A stretch of 64,000 nucleotides of DNA from a virus. The DNA lies in IMG/VR virus record IMGVR_UViG_3300042542_003555, positions 96,984-160,983 of that record, one strand, 5' to 3'. Positions within the stretch are counted from its first letter, which is position 1, and each line of letters begins with the position of its first letter. Made by a program: the position numbers and the translations under genes. Below, piece by piece: positions 38,506-48,630 of the stretch. The notes under the pieces are model-generated. The model had not been told where the DNA came from. It worked only from the letters and a program-made list of their open reading frames with translations, and did not search any database.

Positions 38506-39310
38506 CGATTAATTTGTCTATTATTTCGCCCATGTTATAATTGGGAGTATAACCCAACTGCGTGATTTTAGTGATATCCAATACCATGTCCTTTGTCTGA
38601 ACAATCTTATGAAACTCGGCAGTTTCAACATTTTCTATCTTGGATTTTGAGTTTAATTTAGTTGCAGCATATTTTACTGCCTCTACTAACGGAACGGCGA
38701 GACCATTTCCTATGTTGTAGATTTCATTGATATTTCCTTTTGAGATAACCAGATTGATTGCATGAACTACATCATCAACATAAATGTAATCACGGAAAGC
38801 CATACCACCGTCATACAGAGATATTGTATTTCCAGCTTTCAGTTCCCCAATCATATATTGTAATGCATTCTTCTTTTTAGATACTTTTTTGTCAGATTCT
38901 CCCAAAACATTTGCCAAACGAAGAATTCGATATTTTATACCAAAGGTTTCACAATATGAAATGAGAAGTTGCTCGGCAGTCCGTTTGGTTATGCTATAGA
39001 AGCCTTTTGGATTGCAATGTGCTGTTTCTTTGGCTGGCAATTCAACATCACCATATACAAACCAAGAACTCACAAAGTTAAATGTAACATCTCTGCGCTT
39101 GCAAGATTCCAAAGTTTTTATCAGAGTGGTTAGATTTGTCTCTATGTCGATATATGGGTTTTCCCAGACATTGTAATTATCTACGGTAGAAATAAAATAA
39201 AGAACTTCATTTGATTTTACTTCGTAGTCATTTCTATCATTTATTATAACATTTGGAGTTAGTTCAGCATATCTGCTTCCCACGAATCCTGCGCCAAGTA
39301 CATTTACCAT
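38501..39310 (-). CDS. NAD-dependent epimerase/dehydratase
   Basis: GAGFVG, YSITK, RDYIYVDD. Confidence 0.8.
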   Translation of the reverse strand: MVNVLGAGFVGSRYAELTPNVIINDRNDYEVKSNEVLYFISTVDNYNVWENPYIDIETNLTTLIKTLESCKRRDVTFNFVSSWFVYGDVELPAKETAHCNPKGFYSITKRTAEQLLISYCETFGIKYRILRLANVLGESDKKVSKKKNALQYMIGELKAGNTISLYDGGMAFRDYIYVDDVVHAINLVISKGNINEIYNIGNGLAVPLVEAVKYAATKLNSKSKIENVETAEFHKIVQTKDMVLDITKITQLGYTPNYNMGEIIDKLIV

Positions 39311-40584
39311 TTTTTACATACTCCTTCAATGTAATTTAAAACTTTTTCGTTATACAGTGGAGAACATCCAATAAAGAACACATTACTCAAAGCTAGGTTT
39401 GAGTTTGGGTATTGCTTGTAGTCATCTAGATGTTTGTACCCTGGATGTAAAAGAATATTACCACTGAAGTAATTTCTAGTTTGAACTTTATTAGACTCAA
39501 AGTGAGACACTAGCAACTCTTTCATATCTTGTGATTCACAGTAGATGGGAACGCCAAACCAAGAAGGATCTGAGTTTTCTGTAGCATTAATAACTCTTGC
39601 ACCAGGAATATTATCTTCAATATATTTTTGAATAGTTTCTTTATATTCTCTGCGTTTACTTTCAAGCATATCAAACTTTTTCAATTGTTCAAGACCAATA
39701 GCACCTTGAAGATCAAGAGGTTTTAGATTATATCCAATGTTTGTAAACAGATATTTGTGATCAATAATACCATCATAATTCTCAAGCCAATTGTCAAATC
39801 GTTTACCACAAGTTCCGCATTCTAGTAGATTGTTTGAGCCTACGCAATAACAATCTCTACCCCACCATGAAATGCTTCTTGCCTCTTTGATGAAATCTTC
39901 ACTGTTTGAACACACCATACCTCCTTCACCCGTACTAATATGGTGAGCAGGATAGAATGAGGTTGTCCACGTATCATAATAATCTGTAATTAATCTTCCG
40001 TTCCAGAGTGAACCTAGAGAATCGCAATTATCACCGAGCAAAGTTAACCCATATTTGTTGCATATGTCAACAATCACATCCATGTTTGGAGGATTACCCA
40101 AAACAGGAGATACAAAAATTGCTCTTGTCTTTGAATTGATTTTTTCTTCAATTTTACTAACATCAAAATTTAATGTTTCAAGTTCAATGTCAATGAAAAC
40201 TGGTTTCATTCCATTCTGAATGATAGGTGCGATAGTTGTTGGGAACCCGACAGGAGAAACAATAATCTCATCGCCGTCTTGCCACTTGTAATATTTTTTA
40301 GCAGCAGTCACCATCACAAGATTTGCTGAACTACCTGAGTTCACCATGTGAGAGTATTTGACGTTGAATCTTTTGCTAAAAGCATCTTGAAATTCAGATA
40401 CCTTTTCTCCAGAAACAATCCATGCACCATTTAGAAGTGCATCTATTGCAGCATGAATTTCATTATGATCCCAGAGTTGACCTGAGTATTGTACGAACTG
40501 ACCTTCTTGATAGTTGTCATAGTTTTTGACATACTTAGGAAGAATGCTCTTAGATAATGCTTCAATCATTTCATTTGTTGTCAT
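39304..40584 (-). CDS. DegT/StrS-family PLP enzyme, RfbH/ColD-type NDP-4-keto-6-deoxyhexose 3-dehydrase
   Basis: VNSGSSAN, DNCDSLG, SFYPAHHISTGEGG (His in place of catalytic Lys), GRDCYC...CGTC. Confidence 0.82.
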   Translation of the reverse strand: MTTNEMIEALSKSILPKYVKNYDNYQEGQFVQYSGQLWDHNEIHAAIDALLNGAWIVSGEKVSEFQDAFSKRFNVKYSHMVNSGSSANLVMVTAAKKYYKWQDGDEIIVSPVGFPTTIAPIIQNGMKPVFIDIELETLNFDVSKIEEKINSKTRAIFVSPVLGNPPNMDVIVDICNKYGLTLLGDNCDSLGSLWNGRLITDYYDTWTTSFYPAHHISTGEGGMVCSNSEDFIKEARSISWWGRDCYCVGSNNLLECGTCGKRFDNWLENYDGIIDHKYLFTNIGYNLKPLDLQGAIGLEQLKKFDMLESKRREYKETIQKYIEDNIPGARVINATENSDPSWFGVPIYCESQDMKELLVSHFESNKVQTRNYFSGNILLHPGYKHLDDYKQYPNSNLALSNVFFIGCSPLYNEKVLNYIEGVCKKW

Positions 40585-41513
40585 TTGTTTTCTCCATACC
40601 ATTCTAATGTTTTTTGTATTCCTTCTTCCAAAGTGTATTTTGGTTTATATCCAAGGGCTGATATCTTGTCACAATTAATAGCATATCTTCTATCGTGACC
40701 TGGTCTATCTAGTACATATTCTATCAGATTTTCGGGTTTATTCATAGCACCTAGAATCATTTTTACCAGTTCTATATTAGGAATTTCTGTACCACCACCT
40801 ATATTATATTTCTCTCCAATCTGTCCTTTCTCTAGGATTAGATTGATGCCATAACAATGATCATCAACAAACAACCAATCTCTAACATTTAGACCATCAC
40901 CATATACTGGTATCTTTTGATCCTTTGCTGCTTTCTTTATGATGGTGGGCATAAACTTTTCGGTGTTTTGACCGGGACCATAATTATTGGAACAGTTTGT
41001 TATGATAGCTGGTACATCATATGTCTTGTGAAATGCTCTAACAAAATGGTCACTTGCTGCTTTTGATGCAGAATATGGATTGTTTGGCTGATATTGTGTT
41101 GTTTCGTGGAAGCTATCATTCGATTCTAATTCCAAACTGCCGTAGACTTCATCAGTTGAAATATGAATAAACTTTTCTAATGAATCTAAGTTTCTTGAGT
41201 GCTGTAAAAGATTGATTGTGCCTAGAATATTTGTATCAACGAAAGGTTGACAATCCTTAATTGAGTTATCAACATGAGATTCGGCAGCAAAGTTTACTAT
41301 ATGTTTTGGTTTAAACTTGTTGAAAATAGTTTTAATTGCTTCGCTATCTTTTATATCTGCATGATAAAATATAACTCGTCCACTATCGGTAAGAGATGCA
41401 ATGTAATTATAATTAGATGCGTAAGTTAGATTGTCAACACAAATGATTTCCTCATCTGTATTCCAAAGATAATTACCACCAATAAAACCTGCTCCACCTG
41501 TAACTAAAATCAT
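40581..41513 (-). CDS. rmlB: dTDP-glucose 4,6-dehydratase
   Basis: GGAGFIG, AAESHVD, ISTDEVYG, YSASKA, CSNNYGP, DRPGHDRRY. Confidence 0.9.
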   Translation of the reverse strand: MILVTGGAGFIGGNYLWNTDEEIICVDNLTYASNYNYIASLTDSGRVIFYHADIKDSEAIKTIFNKFKPKHIVNFAAESHVDNSIKDCQPFVDTNILGTINLLQHSRNLDSLEKFIHISTDEVYGSLELESNDSFHETTQYQPNNPYSASKAASDHFVRAFHKTYDVPAIITNCSNNYGPGQNTEKFMPTIIKKAAKDQKIPVYGDGLNVRDWLFVDDHCYGINLILEKGQIGEKYNIGGGTEIPNIELVKMILGAMNKPENLIEYVLDRPGHDRRYAINCDKISALGYKPKYTLEEGIQKTLEWYGENK

Positions 41514-42181
41514 AACTCCACTCCATAATGTTTTGCAATACCATGTTTACCGTGAAAACCTAAACTCTTACCTAGCCATGGTGAACTCATGTTATGTTCT
41601 ATGCTAAATTTATCTACTATATCACCATCGGCAAATTTAATATCGTATTTTTCTTCAAGTTCTTTTCTATGTATCTTGCAGATAATGTTATCTTCAGGAA
41701 TAACTTTATCACCATATGCATCAAATACATAGTTGTCTGGATTATTAATAACTTCTTGTGGGTAATCTGATGTTTTACTTTTAACGTCTAAATCTAATAA
41801 TGCATCATATAATTTTCTACTCCTCAGACAAAATCCACCATTACCTACCATTCCATTATTCCATCTAGCACCAATATAATCATAGTTTAGAAACTCTTTG
41901 TCCCATGCATTTCTATTTACTGCAAATCCATCGGAATGAATAATAATATTATATGGTTCTGTAACTATGTGCGGCACTAATTTCAGAGTGATGAAATTAT
42001 ATTCGTCAGTATATCTTTTAAATTTGTTTATTTTTATCCAAGTTACGGGAAATTCATCTGTACTTAAATTGACATCACTAAACCAATAAACCCTACTTAT
42101 AGGAATACAGGACATTGTACTTTTCAATGCCTTAATTGTTGGCATGTAGTTTAATGCATCAATACAGGTCAGACTAATCAT
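41510..42181 (-). CDS. Putative glycosyltransferase (DUF5672-like)
   Basis: YDYIGARW, VGNGGFCLRSR, PED, FSIE, GFHG. Confidence 0.7.
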   Translation of the reverse strand: MISLTCIDALNYMPTIKALKSTMSCIPISRVYWFSDVNLSTDEFPVTWIKINKFKRYTDEYNFITLKLVPHIVTEPYNIIIHSDGFAVNRNAWDKEFLNYDYIGARWNNGMVGNGGFCLRSRKLYDALLDLDVKSKTSDYPQEVINNPDNYVFDAYGDKVIPEDNIICKIHRKELEEKYDIKFADGDIVDKFSIEHNMSSPWLGKSLGFHGKHGIAKHYGVEL

Positions 42182-42815
42182 ATGGGTATGGATCTACAAA
42201 AGTTCCTGCTGAGTGAGCATACTGAAGAACATCATGACCAAAGAAATTTCTATAAATGTCTAATATATGCACTTGGTCCAATAAGTTTGATTCTTTGACA
42301 GAATCATACCAAACGTATTCTAGGTCTTTTTCGCAACGCCATAATTCATCCATTGATAATGTTAGATTGAAAAAGTTTATCTCACTAAAATACATTTGTG
42401 TACCCAAACTGACATCGTTTCCCCACTTTGCTGTAACTGCTTTTTTGCCGGTCTCTTTACACTTCTGTATGATATCATGATAATCTAAATCTGGCTTATT
42501 ATCATATGCCATCTTCAGTAGATATTTGAAATTTTCAGGTATTAATTTTACTGCATTTCTCATAAGTGTCAACTCTGCGACACCATGATTTGTCGTTCTT
42601 TGTGGAACACCATCAAATGAAAATCTATTATCTTTATCATAAACAAATACATCACAATAGTTTTGTGTGTCTATATCTATAGGCGAGTGTGTCGCAAGAA
42701 TAACATAATGACCTTCCTCTGACAACATTTTGCAGAGTGTTCTAGTCATTTTTCTTTTTTCTTCTTGATGATTACCTCCACAGTAAGAGGTAACTATAAT
42801 TGCTGTATCGTTCAT
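42174..42815 (-). CDS. Hypothetical protein in glycosylation cluster
   Basis: Gene context; translationally coupled. Confidence 0.65.
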   Translation of the reverse strand: MNDTAIIVTSYCGGNHQEEKRKMTRTLCKMLSEEGHYVILATHSPIDIDTQNYCDVFVYDKDNRFSFDGVPQRTTNHGVAELTLMRNAVKLIPENFKYLLKMAYDNKPDLDYHDIIQKCKETGKKAVTAKWGNDVSLGTQMYFSEINFFNLTLSMDELWRCEKDLEYVWYDSVKESNLLDQVHILDIYRNFFGHDVLQYAHSAGTFVDPYPYD

Positions 42816-43519
42816 GCTGTTCTATAGGTAAAAGTTTCTTTCATGTCATCTCTATATGCTTCCGATGGCAGATACCAACGATTTGTTTCACCCGGGTGCA
42901 TATCGTATGCATTGGGTTCACCGCTACCGTGCCAACATTCAAGATCAAAACGATGATGTGGTTGTCCTTCAAACTGAGGCTTAAACATATTTTCAGGTGG
43001 AGTTTTGAGTCTACGACACTTTCTCAGATATGATGCTTTTGCCCAGAAAAAATTACCTGCATAAAAGGGATGTGGAGGATTATTTAAGAATGCAGCACCA
43101 CACATATCATAACCTTCATCAAGCTTTGCAACACAGTCTCTCCATTTTTCTATATTCCAGTATTGCATGTATCTTCGCCAGTTTTGATGACCACCAGGAC
43201 CATGACTTGCTCCTTTGTGTGTCATGAAGCAAACATAAAATTCTTCATCGTTTTCATGACAATATTCTTGCAAATAGTTTACTGAAGTTGCCTCATACCA
43301 AGGCTGATAATCTTGACTATAATAGAGGAGGTCAACGTTCTTTCTATCTTTCCATCTTTCTTCTAACCAAGAATAATTTTCTTCGTTAAAGTGTGCAAAG
43401 AAATATGCTTGGTCTACAGCATCAAGTAATCCTGTTTTTTCTAACAATTCTGTTTGCTCTATTGTGATGTCTTTTCCACATCCAATATCAATCATATGAC
43501 TGAATAATTTAATTTTCAT
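42812..43519 (-). CDS. Putative glycosyltransferase-like protein
   Basis: HKG, WRRYMQYWN, GNFFWA, R..E.W motifs; gene context. Confidence 0.6.
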   Translation of the reverse strand: MKIKLFSHMIDIGCGKDITIEQTELLEKTGLLDAVDQAYFFAHFNEENYSWLEERWKDRKNVDLLYYSQDYQPWYEATSVNYLQEYCHENDEEFYVCFMTHKGASHGPGGHQNWRRYMQYWNIEKWRDCVAKLDEGYDMCGAAFLNNPPHPFYAGNFFWAKASYLRKCRRLKTPPENMFKPQFEGQPHHRFDLECWHGSGEPNAYDMHPGETNRWYLPSEAYRDDMKETFTYRTA

Positions 43520-43520
43520 A

Positions 43521-44222
43521 TTATACCCATTTTGTTTGTTCTAAGTTATGCCAGTAATGAACAATTATTCCTTTACCTAACGTTGAATTGAAAGGAGTAG
43601 TATGTAGTAGTCCGTGACCAGAGTAAAAGTATATGATATTTTGTGGACCATTTTCTAATGCGCCAGCAAAATGACTTGTTCCAGTATCGCCACCAATGAA
43701 TGTTTTGCAGGTCATTATGTGATCTAGATTCTTCAGAAAATCGGTAGACTGTTCCCAGCCTTCAACTTCATCTATTGGAGTTTCTAGACATAAAACTTTT
43801 CTATAGTTAGGATAAAGTTCATTATTATGTTTGATAATATTATCAAATACATATTTGGGCCAATTTCTGTACGTATTATATTCAGCATTAAATAGAGGAA
43901 AGATTACAATCTTGTCTTCTTTGATTTTGCTATTTGGTATCTTAACTAGGTCACCAGACAATCCTCTAAAGTCCCAAAGATTAATATTATTCCAAGTTAA
44001 CTGTCTTTCTCCTGCAATTTCAGAAAAATAATCAGTATTTCTCAACAAGAACTTATAAAATTTTTGACAATGACTTGTTGAAGATATTGAGCTAGGAAGC
44101 AAATGAAATTTTATATTTGCGTCATCTGTTTTTCTGAGATATTCTACAACATTAGCTACGGCAATCATATCACCGTTTCTTAAAGGACCACCAAAGGCAC
44201 CGAGAGGAACATTAATAATCAT
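43521..44222 (-). CDS. GT9 (heptosyltransferase)-like GT-B protein
   Basis: RNGDMI near N-terminus; FIGGDTGTSHFAGAL resembles the GT9 DTGxxHxAxAL motif. Confidence 0.6.
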   Translation of the reverse strand: MIINVPLGAFGGPLRNGDMIAVANVVEYLRKTDDANIKFHLLPSSISSTSHCQKFYKFLLRNTDYFSEIAGERQLTWNNINLWDFRGLSGDLVKIPNSKIKEDKIVIFPLFNAEYNTYRNWPKYVFDNIIKHNNELYPNYRKVLCLETPIDEVEGWEQSTDFLKNLDHIMTCKTFIGGDTGTSHFAGALENGPQNIIYFYSGHGLLHTTPFNSTLGKGIIVHYWHNLEQTKWV

Positions 44223-44953
44223 AATTTAAAGTCTCTTATATAAACTAGTTTTGAATTTCTGTTTTGATAGTAGTGTAGTTTGTAATCATACTCAACACCC
44301 CAGCCTTGCCAATTTCTTAAATCTTCATCCCAAAGAATGTAGCAATCTTTTTTCATCAAGTCAGCAACAATACCTATACCAGTGAACGTAGTAATAAATG
44401 GATTTGGATTATTTTTTATTAAAGAACAATTATACACTAAATCTTTTTTATAGTCAAGATATTGTGCTTTTTCTTTTGGTATAATTTCTGCTGATTCTAT
44501 TAAGTTTGAATATCTTCTCTCATCAACATCTACTGCATCTTTTGATGACCATCTATCTCCAACAATTAATTTATCTGAATGATAGTTAATGTCTAGCTTA
44601 GGTACTTGCAATTCAAAATCATCATCAATATCAAAGTTTATCTTATAATTGTCTTTGAGAAAATTATAAAATTTATGACATACTATTGGACTATCACCAT
44701 GATCTTTTTCTTCTCCTATGTCATCTAAAATCATGTATCTCTGAGCCACTGTTGCTTCTTCATGCATGAATTTTATTTCGCCAAACATTTCTTGTTGCAA
44801 CAACAATTCTTTTATACCAACAAATCTTTCTAGTCTATCGCAAATGACGAATGAAAATTTATATTTTAGTGTCTTATGTAAACCAGACAAAGCAGGGAGA
44901 CAATGCATGAAGTCTCCTAGATTATGAATTCTTGGTGAGTAGATTTTAATCAT
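44219..44953 (-). CDS. GT9-like GT-B protein
   Basis: HNLGDFMHCLPALSGL resembles the GT9 N-terminal motif. Confidence 0.55.
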   Translation of the reverse strand: MIKIYSPRIHNLGDFMHCLPALSGLHKTLKYKFSFVICDRLERFVGIKELLLQQEMFGEIKFMHEEATVAQRYMILDDIGEEKDHGDSPIVCHKFYNFLKDNYKINFDIDDDFELQVPKLDINYHSDKLIVGDRWSSKDAVDVDERRYSNLIESAEIIPKEKAQYLDYKKDLVYNCSLIKNNPNPFITTFTGIGIVADLMKKDCYILWDEDLRNWQGWGVEYDYKLHYYQNRNSKLVYIRDFKL

Positions 44954-45774
44954 GCTTGGTCATTATATGCTTTGAATATTCTGAACCAATCATTTGAATC
45001 AGCAGGATGCAATTCACAATCTTGTGGACTACTTAAATAAGACATCAATAACAATGTTTGATCATCATCAATCAAGTTGTTTTGTAGTAGAACATCCAAA
45101 TTCTTTAATACTAGGTCTTTAAGTGTTGACCATTTTTTTGTTCCTGCTACAATATGACATCCTTGAATATAAACATCTCCGGTGTAGATGATACTATCTA
45201 TTGGTCTATTTGATTCAATTGGATATTGATTGAAGAAGTGAATTTTTTCACGGTCAAAGTTATAGGTCCAACGATTTGATGATGGTATAGTTGTATCATT
45301 ACGAACATAACCAAAATCAATCCAAGCAGTCAAATCATTTGATATCAATCCTTTCTCAATTGCATCAGTGACATACCATGCCTTGAAAATATTGACTAGA
45401 ACATAGTCGGCATGCCAATATTCAATGAGTTGAGGATTAACTACTTTCTTATAATAATTGGGATCATCCATAACTTTTTGAACCATCGGTTTGATTAGTT
45501 CATATCTTTGAGGCATGTATGATTCTGTCGTTACGACCTTTGTTAGATGTTCCAATCCATAATGTTTTCTGATAGATAGAACAGTCTCTATAAGATCCGG
45601 TGTTGTATAAACAACCATTTCATTTTCAAGTTTTGCTAAATTGCTGAAAAAATGCAAATACTGATCTACACTCCTATGCTGATAGAATGGCAGTTCTCTA
45701 CCATGTTTTACTTTTGGTAAATTACCTCTACCAATATCATAGAATGCTGTAACTACTGAAATATCATTATCCAT
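44950..45774 (-). CDS. HtrL/YibB-family glycosyltransferase-like protein
   Basis: VTAFYDIGR, AWIDFG, DDDQ. Confidence 0.75.
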   Translation of the reverse strand: MDNDISVVTAFYDIGRGNLPKVKHGRELPFYQHRSVDQYLHFFSNLAKLENEMVVYTTPDLIETVLSIRKHYGLEHLTKVVTTESYMPQRYELIKPMVQKVMDDPNYYKKVVNPQLIEYWHADYVLVNIFKAWYVTDAIEKGLISNDLTAWIDFGYVRNDTTIPSSNRWTYNFDREKIHFFNQYPIESNRPIDSIIYTGDVYIQGCHIVAGTKKWSTLKDLVLKNLDVLLQNNLIDDDQTLLLMSYLSSPQDCELHPADSNDWFRIFKAYNDQA

Positions 45775-46615
45775 ATTTTCTCTCAATCTTTTCTTTCCAT
45801 TCGGGTACCCTGTTGTATTGGTGCACCATTACATATTTCTCACCATTGCTTGTATAAGCATATTCCCCATCAAAAGTAGGCTCAGGACTCAATAGATGGG
45901 GTCTGAAGCTGTTTATTTTATTTGGGTCTACTGTCGTGCCGCATTCACATGCCCAATTCGTGTCGTGATCATTAAATTTGGTAAGTGAATAGTATGGTTC
46001 AATAGATAACATAACATTAACACCAGCTTGATCTGGTGTTGGATGTTGAACATTGTTTATTGCAAGAGATACTGCCAGAGAATAATCTTTGAACATATCA
46101 AATTCGCCAGCCATTGAACCCGCATTATAAATCGGTCTATTTTTCATATGATGATAAAGTTGTGGGAAACATTCTGCCATGTTTTGATTTCCCCATGCTT
46201 CATCTTTATATTTTAGGCCTTCACATCCATAGTTTAGTTTTTTATTACCTAAGTTTTGTTCAAGCCATTCTGACGGGTTACTCTGAAATACAACATCAGA
46301 GATATCAGTAGAAATAACATATCGTATATCCTTTAACTGAGATAAAACTGCCCAATAGAAATAATGCCTGAGCATAGGAACTTGAAACGTTAATCCTTCT
46401 GCGAATAGATACCCATCATTATTTGCGTTTCGTTTGTCTGTAGTAAGATAAACTTCAACACCTTCATCTTTGAGTTTATTGAAAGTTTCGTCTTTGATGT
46501 TGAATGCAATAACTCCAACTCTGCCTTTGAAGCCACACATTTTAATTGAGTTCACCCAATATTTTAATTTGTCGTATCCATATTCAGATACGGCACTAAT
46601 AATCATATCTTGCAT
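45767..46615 (-). CDS. Putative GT-A-fold glycosyltransferase
   Basis: TDISDVVFQSNP, NAG, DQA, HQYNR. Confidence 0.65.
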   Translation of the reverse strand: MQDMIISAVSEYGYDKLKYWVNSIKMCGFKGRVGVIAFNIKDETFNKLKDEGVEVYLTTDKRNANNDGYLFAEGLTFQVPMLRHYFYWAVLSQLKDIRYVISTDISDVVFQSNPSEWLEQNLGNKKLNYGCEGLKYKDEAWGNQNMAECFPQLYHHMKNRPIYNAGSMAGEFDMFKDYSLAVSLAINNVQHPTPDQAGVNVMLSIEPYYSLTKFNDHDTNWACECGTTVDPNKINSFRPHLLSPEPTFDGEYAYTSNGEKYVMVHQYNRVPEWKEKIERKYG

Positions 46616-47394
46616 AATTTTTTTCCTAAATCTTCAATGCTACCAGTAATATAAATTGGATTGGATATGAGTTTCAGTTCTTTGACTAGTTTTGTATTGT
46701 CTATAATGAACTGCTCTTTGACAACATCACTGGTACATAAAAACTCACCTTTACCATAACCTCTAATTAAATGTTTTGCTACTTTACCGATTTCGAGTCC
46801 ATGATTTGAACTCAAGTTATATATTCCTGTAAATTTTCTTCTTAAAATTTTATCCAACATACATGCTGATGTAGTTACATCAATAAAGTCTCTTTTCGTT
46901 TTTTCACTAATTGAAAATACAATCTTTTCACTATGCTTCAATTGATCCATACAGAAACCCATAAAAGATTGTCTGCCCAATTCAAAACCAAATAGATTTG
47001 ATCCTCTCACTATAACTGCTCTATCACCAAATTCTTTTTGAATTTTGTTCTCACAAATTAATTTGTTCTCACTGTAAAAATCAAATGGATTTGTTGGACT
47101 TTCTTCTGTATATGTTTTTAACTCTACTGATGAACCATAAACTTTTCTGGTAGATATCATTACATAGTGACAGTTGTTTTCATATGCAATTTTTGCTATT
47201 TCATAATCAACATCAATCTTTTCATTATATACTTGAGTTTTAAACACAGGATTCAATGCACAATTGATGATACCATCGTATTGAGAAAAATCAACATGAT
47301 GAATATCTTTATATGCAACAATATCATAATTTTTCAGTTTGACTAATTCATTTCCAATAAAACTAGTCTTACCTACTATCAATCTTTTCGCCAA
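46603..47394 (-). CDS. NAD-dependent epimerase/dehydratase
   Basis: GKTSFIG, ISTRKVYG, YSENK, RDFID. Confidence 0.75.
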   Translation of the reverse strand: MAKRLIVGKTSFIGNELVKLKNYDIVAYKDIHHVDFSQYDGIINCALNPVFKTQVYNEKIDVDYEIAKIAYENNCHYVMISTRKVYGSSVELKTYTEESPTNPFDFYSENKLICENKIQKEFGDRAVIVRGSNLFGFELGRQSFMGFCMDQLKHSEKIVFSISEKTKRDFIDVTTSACMLDKILRRKFTGIYNLSSNHGLEIGKVAKHLIRGYGKGEFLCTSDVVKEQFIIDNTKLVKELKLISNPIYITGSIEDLGKKLCKI

Positions 47395-48095
47395 GGAAGT
47401 TTTCCTTTATAAAAGTCGTTCATCACTTTATTGCCTTGATCAAAAAATTCTTTTGTAACAGAACCAGCATTACCATCTACCTTATAGTTGACGGTATATT
47501 TTCCTGTGCAATCCCACTTCTTAAAGTTAGTTGCTATTGTGTTAAAAAATACTCTATCTTGACCCCAACCACCATGCCATACAGATGCTAATCTTATCAG
47601 AACTTCACGGCGAACACAATAACTATTTGTGTCAATGTGGTGAGTATTTGTCCATGCCATCCATTTGCCAAGACTTTCACAATCATCATTAAGCAAAAAA
47701 TCTCCTTCTTTGTTCATAATTCTTCTCAGAGAATATGACCATTCTAGGTCTTCTTTTTCGATTAGGTCTATACAGTTTTGTACATGTGTTGGTTCAAACC
47801 AACAGTCTTGATCAAGAAATAAAACATAATCTTCGTTGACTAGATGAGAGAAGGCAGCATAAACTCTATGACCATAGAAGCCATTAGCACCAACATTTTC
47901 TGGAAGGTAACACTGTCGGAAATTGCGGTGACCTAAGAATTCGTCAGCAATAGGTTTAACTCTACCTCTAAATTGTTCACCATCACATACCAAATAACAC
48001 TTGGTTGGATATGTTTGATTTAATACACTTTCAATCGCATCACGTACCTCAGGAGTACCTGTGGTGGGTAAAATAACAACAGCACTCATAATCAC
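47379..48095 (-). CDS. Glycosyltransferase family 2
   Basis: AIESVLNQTY, VCDG, FLDQD. Confidence 0.8.
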   Translation of the reverse strand: MIMSAVVILPTTGTPEVRDAIESVLNQTYPTKCYLVCDGEQFRGRVKPIADEFLGHRNFRQCYLPENVGANGFYGHRVYAAFSHLVNEDYVLFLDQDCWFEPTHVQNCIDLIEKEDLEWSYSLRRIMNKEGDFLLNDDCESLGKWMAWTNTHHIDTNSYCVRREVLIRLASVWHGGWGQDRVFFNTIATNFKKWDCTGKYTVNYKVDGNAGSVTKEFFDQGNKVMNDFYKGKLPWRKD

Positions 48096-48099
48096 TCCA

Positions 48100-48339
48100 T
48101 TATTTATCGCTTATACAATAGCCACCTTTAAACTTGTAAACATTTGATGTGACCGAAATTTGTTCGTATAGCTCATTATCATGACACATGTATGGATCCT
48201 TATAGTTAATCATTAGAAAGTATCCACCAACACAAAGCACACCAACTATCAGTAATATAGGTAGATATTTAATTATACTTGGCAAAACTTGTAATATTTG
48301 CGGTAAGTTTTGCAGAAGTTTTTGTAAAATATCTTTCAT
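48100..48339 (-). CDS. Small membrane protein
   Basis: One TM segment, 2 C-terminal Cys. Confidence 0.55.
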   Translation of the reverse strand: MKDILQKLLQNLPQILQVLPSIIKYLPILLIVGVLCVGGYFLMINYKDPYMCHDNELYEQISVTSNVYKFKGGYCISDK

Positions 48340-48345
48340 TATTTT

Positions 48346-48630
48346 TTAACCTCTAGTCAGCTTGAGTATCCTCTCAATCTGTTTTTCAATAACTGGTTTA
48401 CGATTCGGCCAGTAAATATATTCTTTATCGGCAGTTTGATATAGTTTCTGTAGAAAAGGAATAATCATTTTTTCTACTTCATTCAATCGTGTTTTATAAT
48501 CATCTGCTGTTTCTGCTGTTTTATTAATTACAGAATTATATTCTTCTTCTGATACTGCTGAGAAACCAAAATCATCAGTTGAGCTTTCGTATTCTTTAAA
48601 TACCTTATCAAAATCATATGATAGACTCAT
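48346..48630 (-). CDS. Conserved T4-like phage protein
   Basis: DDFGFSAV...KEYIYWPNR. Confidence 0.7.
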   Translation of the reverse strand: MSLSYDFDKVFKEYESSTDDFGFSAVSEEEYNSVINKTAETADDYKTRLNEVEKMIIPFLQKLYQTADKEYIYWPNRKPVIEKQIERILKLTRG

